This document shows, in pieces, positions 1 to 13,694 of a stretch of 32,000 nt of DNA (position 1 is the first letter of the stretch; each line of letters begins with the position of its first letter). A program made the translations under genes and the position numbers. Location: assembly GCA_000147015.1 (NCBI GenBank), contig CP002161.1, positions 1 through 32,000 on the forward strand, written 5' to 3'. This stretch comes from Candidatus Saccharimonadota bacterium (GTDB lineage: Bacteria > Pseudomonadota > Gammaproteobacteria > Burkholderiales > Burkholderiaceae). Below the pieces are notes generated by a model. The model ran no database searches. It saw nothing but the letters and a program-made list of their open reading frames with translations, and was not told the origin of the DNA.

Positions 1-135
1 ATGAAAAGAACATATCAACCTTCTAAAATAAAATATATTAGAAAAAATGGTTTTAGAAGAAGAATTTTAAGTAAATCAGGAAAAATTATAATAAAAAATA
101 AAATTAGAAAAAAATTAAATAAAAAAATAAAATAA
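1..135 (+). CDS. rpmH: 50S ribosomal protein L34
   Basis: Hand translation, below the ORF-track size cutoff. ATG at 1, TAA at 133-135. The 44 aa MKRTYQPSKIKYIRKNGFRRRILSKSGKIIIKNKIRKKLNKKIK match the L34 consensus MKRTFQPS..R.R.HGFR.R. Confidence 0.9.
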   Translation: MKRTYQPSKIKYIRKNGFRRRILSKSGKIIIKNKIRKKLNKKIK

Positions 136-418
136 ATTTTAAAAAAAATAATTTTAAAAAAAAATATAAAAAAATATTATCAAATTATTTTGAAATTAAT
201 ATATTTATTTTTAAAAATATTAAAAAATATTTATTTAATATTATAATATATAATAATAATTTTATAAAAAAAAAATTTAAAATAATATTTAAATATTATA
301 TTAAAAATTTTATAAATAAAAAAAAAATAAAAAAAATAAATTTTATTTGCAAAATTAAAAATAAAAATATTTTAATTATTAAAAATAAAATTTTAAATAT
401 TTTTTTTTATTTTAAAAT

Positions 419-1786
419 ATGAAATATTTTAAAAATTCAATAATAGCACTTTCTACTCCAAATGGTATAGGAGGCATTGGAATAATTAGAATTTCAGGAA
501 ATAAAATTTTTAATATTTTAGAAAAACTTTGTAATAAAAAAGTAAAAAATTTAAAACCAAGACATAGTTATTATACTTATTTTAAAAATAAAGAAGAAAT
601 TTTAGATTATGGTATACTTATATATTATAATTCACCATTTTCTTATACTGGAGAAAATATAATAGAAATTCAATGTCATTCAAATCCTATTATTATAAAT
701 AAAATAATAAATACATGTTTATTTTTAGGTAGTAATAGTAAACTTAAAATTGCAAAAAGAGGAGAATTTACTAAAAGAGCATTTTTAAATAAAAAAATTA
801 ATTTAATTCAAGTTAAATCAATAATAGATTTAATCAATTCTTCAAATTATTTATCAAATAAAATATTTTTAAATTTTTATTGTAATAATTTTAAAAAAAA
901 AATAAAATATATATTGAATAAAATAATAAAATTAAGAATTATAATAGAATCAAATATTATTTTTCTAAATAATAAATTAAATATAAATATAAAAAAAATA
1001 TATAATTATTTATATATTATAAAAAAAAGTATAAAAAAATTGCTATTTAAAATAAATAATAATAATAATAATAATAACTTAAATATAATTATTATAGGTA
1101 GAACAAATATGGGTAAATCATCATTAATGAACATTTTAAGTAAATCAAAAGTTTCTATAGTAACTTCTATTTCAGGAACAACAATAGATAAAATAAAAAA
1201 TTCTATATTTTTTAAAAATAATTTAATAAATTTAATAGATACTGCAGGAATAAAAAAAAAAATTTATAATAAAATAGAAAGAATATCAATAAAAAAATCT
1301 TGAAAAGAAATAAAAAAATCTAATATAATATTATATTTATTTGAATCTTATAAAGGATTATTGAAAAAAGATTATTATATAATAAATAAATTACCTAAAA
1401 AAAAAATTATTTTTATTGGTAATAAAATTGATTTAATAAAATATAAGCCTTTTATAAAAAAATTTAATAATAATAAAATAATATATATTTCTGTAAAAAA
1501 TAAAAAGGGAATTAATTTAATTAAAAATGAAATAAATAATATAATAAATAATAATAATATTAATAATAATATTATAAATAAAAATTATTTTTATAATATT
1601 AAAAATTCTTATAAAATAATAAAAAAAATAATTTTATTTATTATAAATAAAAAATATAATATTAGAAATGATTTAATAATACAAAAAATATATATATTAC
1701 AAAATAATTTTAATAAAATATTTGGTAAGTTTACAAATGAAAAATTATTGAATAAAATTTTTTCTAAATTTTGTATAGGAAAATAA
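419..1786 (+). CDS. mnmE: tRNA modification GTPase MnmE
   Basis: Track ORFs 419..1303 and 1361..1786 share a frame and join through TGA 1301-1303, at the conserved Trp of the ERAW.EI motif. N-terminus STPNGIGGIGIIRISG, G-domain GRTNMGKSSLMN and DTAG, C-terminal FCIGK signature. Confidence 0.9.
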
Positions 1787-3660
1787 TGAAATTTATAAAA
1801 AAATTTGATGTAATAATTATAGGTGGTGGTCATGCTGGTATTGAAGCAGCAAATATATGTTCAAATATGAATTCTATTACTTTATTAATATCTAATAATA
1901 TAGAATTAATAGGTGAATTATCATGTAATCCATCTATAGGTGGTATTGGAAAAAGTCATTTAGTTAAAGAAATAGATTCTTTAGGTGGTATAATGGGTAT
2001 ATGTTCTGATGAATCAAGTATTAATTTTCAAATTTTAAATTATTCTAAGGGTAATGCTGTTAAATCTACTAGAGTACAATTAGATAGAAAAATTTATAAA
2101 GATTCTATAATTAATAAGTTAAAAAATAAAAAAAATTTATTTTTATTTCAAGGTATTATTGATGATATAATAATAGAAAAAAATATAGTTTTAGGAATTA
2201 AAACAAAAAATAATTTTATATTTTTATCTAAATGTTTAATAATAACTACAGGAACATTTTTTAATCCATTAATACATATAGGTAATTATAGTTATATTTC
2301 TGGTAGATTAGGAGAAAATTTAAATTCAAAATTATTTGAAAAATTAAAAAAATTTGGTTTTCAATATAGTACTTTAAAAACTGGAACACCACCTAGATTA
2401 GATGGAAAAAGTATAAATTTTTTAAAATTAAAAAAACAGTTTTTAAATTCAAATATTCAATATTTTTCTATTTTATCAGATAATAAAATAAAAAAAAAAC
2501 AAATTAATTGCTGAATAACTAATACTAATTTTTATACTTATTATATAATAAAAAAAAATATTTATCAAAGTTCTTTATTTAATGGTAATATTAATAGTAT
2601 AGGTCCTAGATATTGTCCTTCTATTGAAGATAAAATTAATAAATTTGGAAAAAAAAAACACAAAATATTTTTGGAACCAGAAGGTTTAAATAGTAATGAA
2701 TTTTATCCAAATGGAATATCTAATAGTTTACCTATAGAAATTCAAATTAAAATTTTAAGAACTTTAAATGGTTTAGAAAATGTAAATATTACTAGACCAG
2801 GTTATTCTATAGAATATAATTATTTTATTGGTAATCATTTAAAACATTCATTAGAAAGTAAAATTATTTCTAATTTATTTTTTGCAGGTCAAATAAACGG
2901 AACTACTGGTTATGAAGAAGCAGCATCTCAAGGAATAATAGCTGGTATTAATGCTTCTTTAAAATCAAATAATAAAAAAAAATGATATCCTAAACGATAT
3001 CAAGCATATATTGGTGTTTTAATAGATGATTTAATAAAAAAAAAAATAAATGAACCTTATAGAATTTTTACTACTAGTTCAGAATATAAATTAAATTTAA
3101 GAGAAGATAATGTTTATCTGCGTTTAACAGAAATAGGACGTAAATTAAAATGTGTAAAAAATAAACAATGATTTTTATTTAAAAAAAAAAAAAAAATATT
3201 TAAAAAAAAAATAAGATTATTAAAAACAAATTTATTAACATTTAATAATATAAAAAATTCAAAAATAAATTTTTTATTTAATAATATAAAAAAAAAAAAT
3301 ATTTACAGTTTTTTTGAAATAATAAATAAATTTAAATTAAATTATGATAATTTTTTTAATATTTTTACTAATAATAATTTTAAATATAAAATATTTGAAA
3401 ATGATATTAAAGAACAAATAGAAAATTTTTGTAAATATTATGGATATTACAATAAACAATTAAAAAATATATTAAAAATCAATAAAAATAAAAATTATAA
3501 AATAAATAAAAATTTAAATTATAATTTTATAAAATCTTTATCAAAAGAAGCAAAAATTAAATTTAATATTTTAAAACCTAATAATTTAAAAGAAGCATTA
3601 TCTATTTCAGGTATTGATTTTAATGATATTTTAAATTTATTTTTTTATATAAAAAAATAA
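1786..3660 (+). CDS. mnmG: tRNA uridine 5-carboxymethylaminomethyl modification enzyme MnmG (GidA)
   Basis: ATG 1786 overlaps the mnmE stop (TAATG). FAD motif [15 protein letters not shown], plus [11 protein letters not shown] and [20 protein letters not shown]. Same-frame pieces are joined by TGA at 2512 (conserved CWIT), 2983 and 3169. TAA at 3658-3660. Confidence 0.9.
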
Positions 3661-3666
3661 ATTTAA

Positions 3667-4281
3667 ATGATATTATTACCTAAAATTATAATTTTAAATA
3701 ATATTATTTATTTTTTTAAAATATATAATAAAATATTATTTTTTTTAAAAAATAATATTTTATTATTAAAAAATAAAATATTAATACTAGAATATTTTCC
3801 TATTTTTACTAATAATTTAATTTATAAAAATAATAAAAAAACAAATATTTATGATTTAATATTAATATATATAAATAGAGGTGGTAATATAACTTATCAT
3901 GCACCAGGACAATTAATAATATATTTTTTTTTAAATTTATTTTATTTTAATAATAAAATAAAAAAAATTAAAAACTTTATAAAATTAATTTTTTATAATA
4001 TTATAAAATATTATAATATAAAAGAAAAAATTATTATAAAAAATAATGAATTATATATTAAAAAAAATAAAAATTTTTTATATTATAAATTTTCTTTTTT
4101 TAGTATTAAAATATTTAATAATATTATATTTCATGGTATTTCCTTAAATATTTCTATATATTTAAAACCTTTTAAATGAATAAATCCTTGTGGTGTGAAA
4201 AATTTATTAATTAATAATTTAAATATTTATAATAATAAAATTTTTATAGATAAAATAAAAATTTTATTATTTCAAAATTAA
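3667..4281 (+). CDS. lipB: octanoyltransferase LipB
   Basis: Track ORF 3667..4179 extended through TGA 4177-4179 to TAA 4279-4281. Motifs LEYFPIFT, RGGNITYHAPGQL, FHGISLN and W-INPCG match LipB. Confidence 0.85.
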
Positions 4282-4298
4282 AATATAATATATAAAAA

Positions 4299-5141
4299 AT
4301 GAAAATATTAAAAAAACCTAAATGAATATATATAAAATTTTATTTATATAATAATAAATTTAATATTATAAATAAAATTTTAAATAAAAATTCTATAAAT
4401 ACAATATGTAAAGAATCTCTTTGTCCAAATATATTTAAATGTTTTCAAAAAAAAAATATTACATTTTTATTATTAGGAAATAAATGTACTAGAAAATGTT
4501 TATTTTGTAATATTTCTAAAGGTAAATTAGAAAAAAATAATTTAAAAAAAGAAGTAATAAATATTTCAAAAATTATTTTTATTTTAAATTTAAATAGAAT
4601 AATATTAACAAGTGTAAATAGAGATGATTTACCAGATAAAGGTATAATGAATTTTATAAAAATTATAAAATTTATAAAAATTATAAATTTTAATATTAAA
4701 ATAGAAATTTTAATTCCTAATTTTAATGAATTAAATAATTTTTTTATTAAAAAAATTAAAATAAATAAACCTTATATTATTTCACATAATATTGAAACAA
4801 TTTATAGACTATATAATAAAATTTGTAAAAATTCTAATTATTTCAATTCAATAAATTTTTTAAAAAAAATAAAATTAACTAATAAAAATATTTTATTAAA
4901 AACTGGTATAATAATTGGTTTAGGTGAAACTTTTATAGAAATTTTTAACTTAATAAGGAAATTAAAAAAAATAAATATAAATATTATAAATATTGGACAA
5001 TATTTATCTCCTAATATTAATAATAATTATTTAGTTTATGAATATTTAAAACTATATATATATTATATATATAAAAAATTTTCTAAAAAATTAAATTTTA
5101 AGAAATACTATATATTCCCAATGTCAAGAACTTCTTTATAA
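4299..5141 (+). CDS. lipA: lipoyl synthase LipA
   Basis: ATG 4299, in-frame TGA 4323 (conserved P.W motif), same frame as track ORF 4647..5141. Contains CKESLCPNIFKCF and the radical-SAM cluster motif CTRKCLFC, plus LTSVNRDDLPD. Confidence 0.85.
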
Positions 5142-5273
5142 TATTAAAATAAAATTTTACATATTTTAGAGTACTACCAGGGTATTGTTAAGTTTACTTT
5201 TTAACAAAAAAATGGATTTATAAAATTGAAGATTTTAAAAATATAAATATAGTAAAAAATAATTTTAATTAGC

Positions 5274-5291
5274 GTGGGCACTTAATTTATG
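5274..5291 (+). promoter_or_regulatory. 5' arm of the 16S rRNA processing stem (RNase III-type helix)
   Basis: gtgggcacttaatt(t)atg at 5274-5291 is the reverse complement of cataattaagtgcccac at 6856-6872. That gives 14 perfect bp plus 3 more after a 1-nt bulge, bracketing the 16S gene. Confidence 0.6.
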
Positions 5292-5311
5292 TTAATATAA
5301 GATACTTAAAT

Positions 5312-6842
<1,531 letters not shown>

Positions 6843-6855
6843 AATTAAATAAAAA

Positions 6856-6872
6856 CATAATTAAGTGCCCAC
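6856..6872 (+). promoter_or_regulatory. 3' arm of the 16S rRNA processing stem
   Basis: Reverse complement of 5274-5291 (see the 5' arm). Confidence 0.6.
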
Positions 6873-6930
6873 ACTTATTAGAAATTATAATTTTTAATTT
6901 TTATTTTTATAATAATATTTAATATTATAA

Positions 6931-9818
<2,888 letters not shown>

Positions 9819-9851
9819 ATACTATTAAATAATAAAATGTTTATTAATATA

Positions 9852-9962
9852 TTCTGATAAATATAGCTAATTGGAACCACTCTTAACCATTCCGAACAAG
9901 ATAGTGAAACGATTATACGCCGATGATAGTATTTAAAATGCGAAAGTAGGTAATTATCAGAA
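9852..9962 (+). rRNA. rrf: 5S ribosomal RNA
   Basis: Terminal helix ttctgataa / ttatcagaa. Internal CCATTCCGAAC...AGTGAAAC...GCCGATGATAGT...GCGAAAGTAGG matches the 5S consensus. About 111 nt. Confidence 0.9.
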
Positions 9963-9967
9963 ATTTA

Positions 9968-10189
9968 TTAAATATATCTATATATAATTCTTCCATTTTT
10001 TTTATCATGTATTGATATTTCAACTATTACTGTATCACCATTTAATATTCTAATATGATTTTTTTTTATTTTACCTGAGGCATAAGCTGTTATTATTTTA
10101 TTTTCAAATGTTTTAATTCTAAATTTATAATTAGGTAAAACTTCTAAAACTTTACCTTTAATTTTTAATATTCCTTCTTTTTTTTTCAT
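9968..10189 (-). CDS. infA: translation initiation factor IF-1
   Basis: Track ORF of 73 aa. GKVLEVLPNYKFRIKTFENKIITAYASGKIKKNHIRILNGDTVIVEIS aligns along its full length with IF-1. Confidence 0.95.
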   Translation of the reverse strand: MKKKEGILKIKGKVLEVLPNYKFRIKTFENKIITAYASGKIKKNHIRILNGDTVIVEISIHDKKNGRIIYRYI

Positions 10190-10784
10190 TAATAATAATA
10201 TTATTTAAATTATTTATTAAAATATCAAATTCAATATTAACTTTATCCAATAATTTTAAGAATTTTAAATTTGTATTTTTAAAAGTAAAATTTATTATAT
10301 TTATTGTAAAAAAAATATATTTATTAGAAAATTCTATATTATTAATAGTTAAAGATATGCCATTTATTGATATTGAATTTTTTTTTTTTATTTTATTAAA
10401 ATATTTAGATATTTTAAATATAATAATATGTGATTTTTTATTTTTTTTTATATTTATTATTTTACCTATAGTATTTATATGACCATATATAATATGACCA
10501 TTTATATAATTTTTAATTTTTAATGAATTTTCAAAATTAATATAATTATTAATTTTAAAATTTACTACATATTTTAATGTTTCTTTAGAAATATTTATAA
10601 ATAAATTATTTTTTTTAATACTTAATATTGTGGTACAAATACCATTTAAACAAATAGAATCTCCTCTTTTACATTTTTTTTTTATTTTTTTGTTTATTTT
10701 TAATTTTATTCTATATTCTTTTTTGTTTTTATATTTTTTTATTTTTCTAATTTTAAATATATAATTTATAATACCACTAAACAT
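10158..10784 (-). CDS. ribE: riboflavin synthase (alpha subunit)
   Basis: Track ORF of 208 aa. MFSGII start, GDSICLNGICTT and a second ISINGISLT repeat are typical of the two-barrel riboflavin synthase. Its 3' end overlaps the infA start by 32 nt. Confidence 0.85.
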   Translation of the reverse strand: MFSGIINYIFKIRKIKKYKNKKEYRIKLKINKKIKKKCKRGDSICLNGICTTILSIKKNNLFINISKETLKYVVNFKINNYINFENSLKIKNYINGHIIYGHINTIGKIINIKKNKKSHIIIFKISKYFNKIKKKNSISINGISLTINNIEFSNKYIFFTINIINFTFKNTNLKFLKLLDKVNIEFDILINNLNNIIINEKKRRNIKN

Positions 10785-11854
10785 TAAATTTTTTTTAATA
10801 ATATTCTTAAATCTTTATTAAAATATTTTATACTTTCAAAATTATATTTTATAGAATAAATTATTTTTTTTATTATTTTAAAATTAAAAATATTATTAGA
10901 TTTTCCTAATATTATTGGAGATAAATATATTAAAATTTCATTTATTTTATTTAAAGATATTAAAGTATTATTTATAGAAAAACCAGATTCAAATTGTATT
11001 TCATTAATTTTTAAAAATGAAATTTTTTCTATTATTCTTTTAAAATTTAATTTTTTATTATTTAATTTTATTTTAAATATTTTAATTCCTAATTTTTTTA
11101 ATTTTCTTATTTTTTTTTTATTTTTTGAATTTGTAAAAATAATTATATAGTTATTTTTTAAATAATTAGAATTTAATGATATTTTTAATTTAGTATCAAT
11201 TAGTATATTTTTTATGTCTTTTATTTTTTTAAAATTTCTTATGTTAATAAAACTATTATCTTTTAATATTGTTCCAATTCCTGTAATTATAGCACATGAT
11301 TTAATTCTTCATAATTGATTATTAATTCTTGAAATTTTATTTGTAATTCATTTACTTTTTTTATTTTTTAAGCAAATTTTATTATCTATACTAGATGCAA
11401 TTTTTAACCTTATTAAAGGTTTTTTATTTTTCACTTTATAGAAATAACCTTTATTTATTTTTTTATATATTTTATTAAGTAAACCTAAATTTATTTTTAT
11501 ATTTTTTAATTTTAAAATTTTTATACTATTATTATATATATTTTTATTATTATCTAATTTACAAATAAATATTTTATAAATATTTATATTTATTAAATAT
11601 TCTAAACAAGAATTTGTTAATCCTAAATAATTACATGGTTCTAATGTTAAATATATATTTATTTTTTTATTATTTTTTATATTTTTTAATGCATTTATTT
11701 CTGCATGGTTATAACCTTTAAATTTTGTGTAACCCAAAATATTTTTTTTAATATAACATCCTACACTTGGATTTGGTGAAGAAAAAAAAACTGCTTTTTT
11801 AGACAAATAAATTGCTTTAAGCATATTTTTTATATTTTCTTCCTTATTCTTCAT
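10784..11854 (-). CDS. ribD: bifunctional riboflavin biosynthesis protein RibD (deaminase/reductase)
   Basis: Track ORF 11348..11854 carries the deaminase motifs HAEINAL and LEPCNYLGLTNSC. Codon-by-codon hand translation shows the frame stays open through TGA at 11348 and 11309. It continues into the reductase domain (SRINNQLW..SCAIITGIGTILKDN) to TAA at 10784-10786, which overlaps the ribE ATG (TAATG). Confidence 0.85.
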
Positions 11855-11860
11855 TTTTTT

Positions 11861-11933
11861 TGGGTTGTACAGGATTCGGACCTGCGACCAACGGATTAAA
11901 AGTCCGCTGCTCTACCAACTGAGCTAACAACCC
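11861..11933 (-). tRNA. tRNA-Lys (anticodon UUU)
   Basis: The reverse complement GGGTTGTTAGCTCAGTTGGTAGAGCAGCGGACTTTTAATCCGTTGGTCGCAGGTCCGAATCCTGTACAACCCA folds as a cloverleaf with anticodon loop CTTTTAA. No CCA is encoded. The 3' end lies 6 nt from the ribD ATG. Confidence 0.9.
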
Positions 11934-11944
11934 TTTTAATATTT

Positions 11945-12905
11945 TAAAATTTATTTAAAATATTAATAATAATTTATATTTATAATAAAAAATAATTTTT
12001 ATTAAAAATAATTAATGGAAAATAATAAATTATTTTGAAATTAGTTTAATAATAATTTAATAATATTAAAAATAATTATTTTAAAATTTATTTATTAATA
12101 ATTTATATAATTTATTTCAAATTATAAAAATACTATTTGAATTATATTATTTTTTTTTTATTAAAAATAATTTTAATTTAATTAATAAATTTTTAATAAT
12201 AGTTAAAAATTGGTTTAGTAATAATTTATTTATTTAATTTAGATAATAAATAATTTTTATTATATATTAAAATAAAAATTAGTTTAAAATTTATTAATAT
12301 ATAATTATTAATAAAAAATAATTTTTTTAAAATAATTAATGGAAAATAATAATTAATTTTAAATTGGTTTAGTAATAATTTATTTATTTAATTTAAATAA
12401 TAATAATAATTTTTATTATAATATTAAAAAATAATTATTTTAAAATTTATTTATTAATAATTTATATAATTTATTTAAAATTATAAAATATATTAATTTT
12501 TTTTTATTAAAAATAATTTTAATTTAATTAATAAATTTTTAATAATGTTAAAAATTGGTTTAGTAATAATTTATTTAATTTAGATAATAAATAATTTTAT
12601 TATATATTAAATAAATAATTAGTTAAAATTTATTCATATATAATTTTTAATTAATAAAAAATAATTTTTATTAAAATAATTAATGGAAAATAATAATTAA
12701 TTTTAAATTGGTTTAGTAATAATTTATTTATTTAATTTAAAATAATAAATAATTTTTATTATAATATTAAAAAATAATTATTTTAAAATTTATTTATTAA
12801 TAATTTATATAATTTATTTAAAATTATAAAAATACTATTTGAATTATATTATATATTAATTTTTTTTTATTAAAAATAATTTTAATTTAATTAATAAATT
12901 TTTAA
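11945..12905. repeat. tandem array, about 2.7 copies of a 325-345-bp A/T-only unit with a nested half-unit repeat
   Basis: The anchor taattaatGGaaaataataa has its GG at 12017, 12341 and 12685. The anchor attggtttagtaataattta starts at 12209, 12363, 12554 and 12707. Copies 2 and 3 are identical for 55 nt from 12341/12685. Copies differ mainly by short indels. Boundaries are approximate. Confidence 0.85.
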
Positions 12906-12942
12906 ATATATATATTACTTTTATATATATATTATTTTAATT

Positions 12943-12980
12943 ATATAAATTATATACATATTAAAGTATATAATTTATAT
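12943..12980. repeat. 15-bp perfect inverted repeat at the distal end of the repeat array
   Basis: atataaattatatac (12943-12957) and gtatataatttatat (12966-12980) are reverse complements separated by an 8-nt loop. The TA-rich context makes chance palindromes likely. Confidence 0.35.
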
Positions 12981-13156
12981 TAATTATTTTATTTTTTTAA
13001 AAATAAAAAATGAAAAAATTTTTTAAAAAAAGTTTAATTGAAATAAGTAAATTAAACTATAATATTATTATATTTTTTAATAATATTAAAAAAAATATAT
13101 TTAGTAAAATACTAAATATTAATAATATTTTAAATTTTTTTTATTAAAATAATAAT

Positions 13157-13693
13157 ATGAAAAAATTATATGCTACTACAATATTATCTGTTAGAATAGG
13201 AAAAAAAGTTGCTTTAGGAGGTGATGGTCAAGTAACTTTAGGTAATACTATTATAAAAGATAGAGCAAAAAAAATAAGAAAAATATATAATAATAAAATA
13301 TTAATAGGTATAGCTGGAGCTACTTCTGATGCATTTTCTTTATTAGATATGTTTGAAACAAAAGTAAAAATATTTAATGGTAATATTATAAAAGCAGCTG
13401 ATTGTTTATCTAAAGAATGAAGAGATAATAAAATATTTAGAAATTTAGAAGCTATGATATTAGTAGCAAATAAAAAAATAACTTTAATAATAACAGGTTT
13501 AGGTGATGTATTAGAACCTATAAATGGTATAGGAGCTATAGGTTCAGGAGGTATTTATGCACAATCTTCAGCTATGGCTTTAAAAGAAAATACTAATTTA
13601 AGTGCCTTTGAAATTGTTAAAAAATCTTTAAATATTGCAGGAAAATTATGTATTTATACAAATTTATTACATACTATAGAAACACTAGAATAG
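13157..13693 (+). CDS. hslV: ATP-dependent protease subunit HslV
   Basis: Track ORFs 13157..13420 and 13454..13693 share a frame, joined through TGA 13418-13420 at the conserved KDW-R Trp. [31 protein letters not shown] and CIYTN motifs are present. Confidence 0.93.
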
Positions 13694-13694
13694 A

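Noticed and set aside
136-418. Looked for a degenerate rnpA ORF directly after rpmH.
   Set aside because: There are only 4 G/C in 283 nt, no start codon, stops in all frames (for example TAA at 244 in the rpmH frame), and no possibility of the Arg-rich RNR motif.
1609-1833. Track ORF on the minus strand, antisense to the mnmE/mnmG junction. Likewise 28601..28861 (+), antisense to rpmI/infC, and the 5' extension 30736-30783 of the prs ORF.
   Set aside because: They are F/L/I-rich mirror images of K/N-rich genuine genes on the other strand, or in the prs case overlap tRNA-Gln. The opposite-strand genes have strong homology support.
5185-5207. A 7-bp inverted repeat ttgttaa...ttaacaa after lipA, considered as a possible terminator, together with the slightly G/C-richer patch gagtactaccagggtattg (5169-5187).
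   Set aside because: The stem is short, it is followed by an A-run rather than a T-run, and I could fold no RNA-gene-like structure. The evidence is insufficient.
11945-12905. Considered whether the recurring roughly 35-nt motif aaattggtttagtaataatttatttatttaattta marks a CRISPR array.
   Set aside because: The intervening segments are themselves repeated (a tandem unit structure), the spacings of 153-191 nt are far too long, no cas genes are present, and the sequence is pure A/T. It is a tandem duplication array, not CRISPR.
13010-13147. A short ORF (ATG 13010 to TAA 13145-13147, 45 aa, MKKFFKKSLIEISKLNYNIIIFFNNIKKNIFSKILNINNILNFFY) between the repeat array and hslV.
   Set aside because: It is low-complexity, has no recognisable motif, and ORFs of this size are expected by chance in A/T-only sequence. 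It could be a gene remnant, but nothing supports a call.
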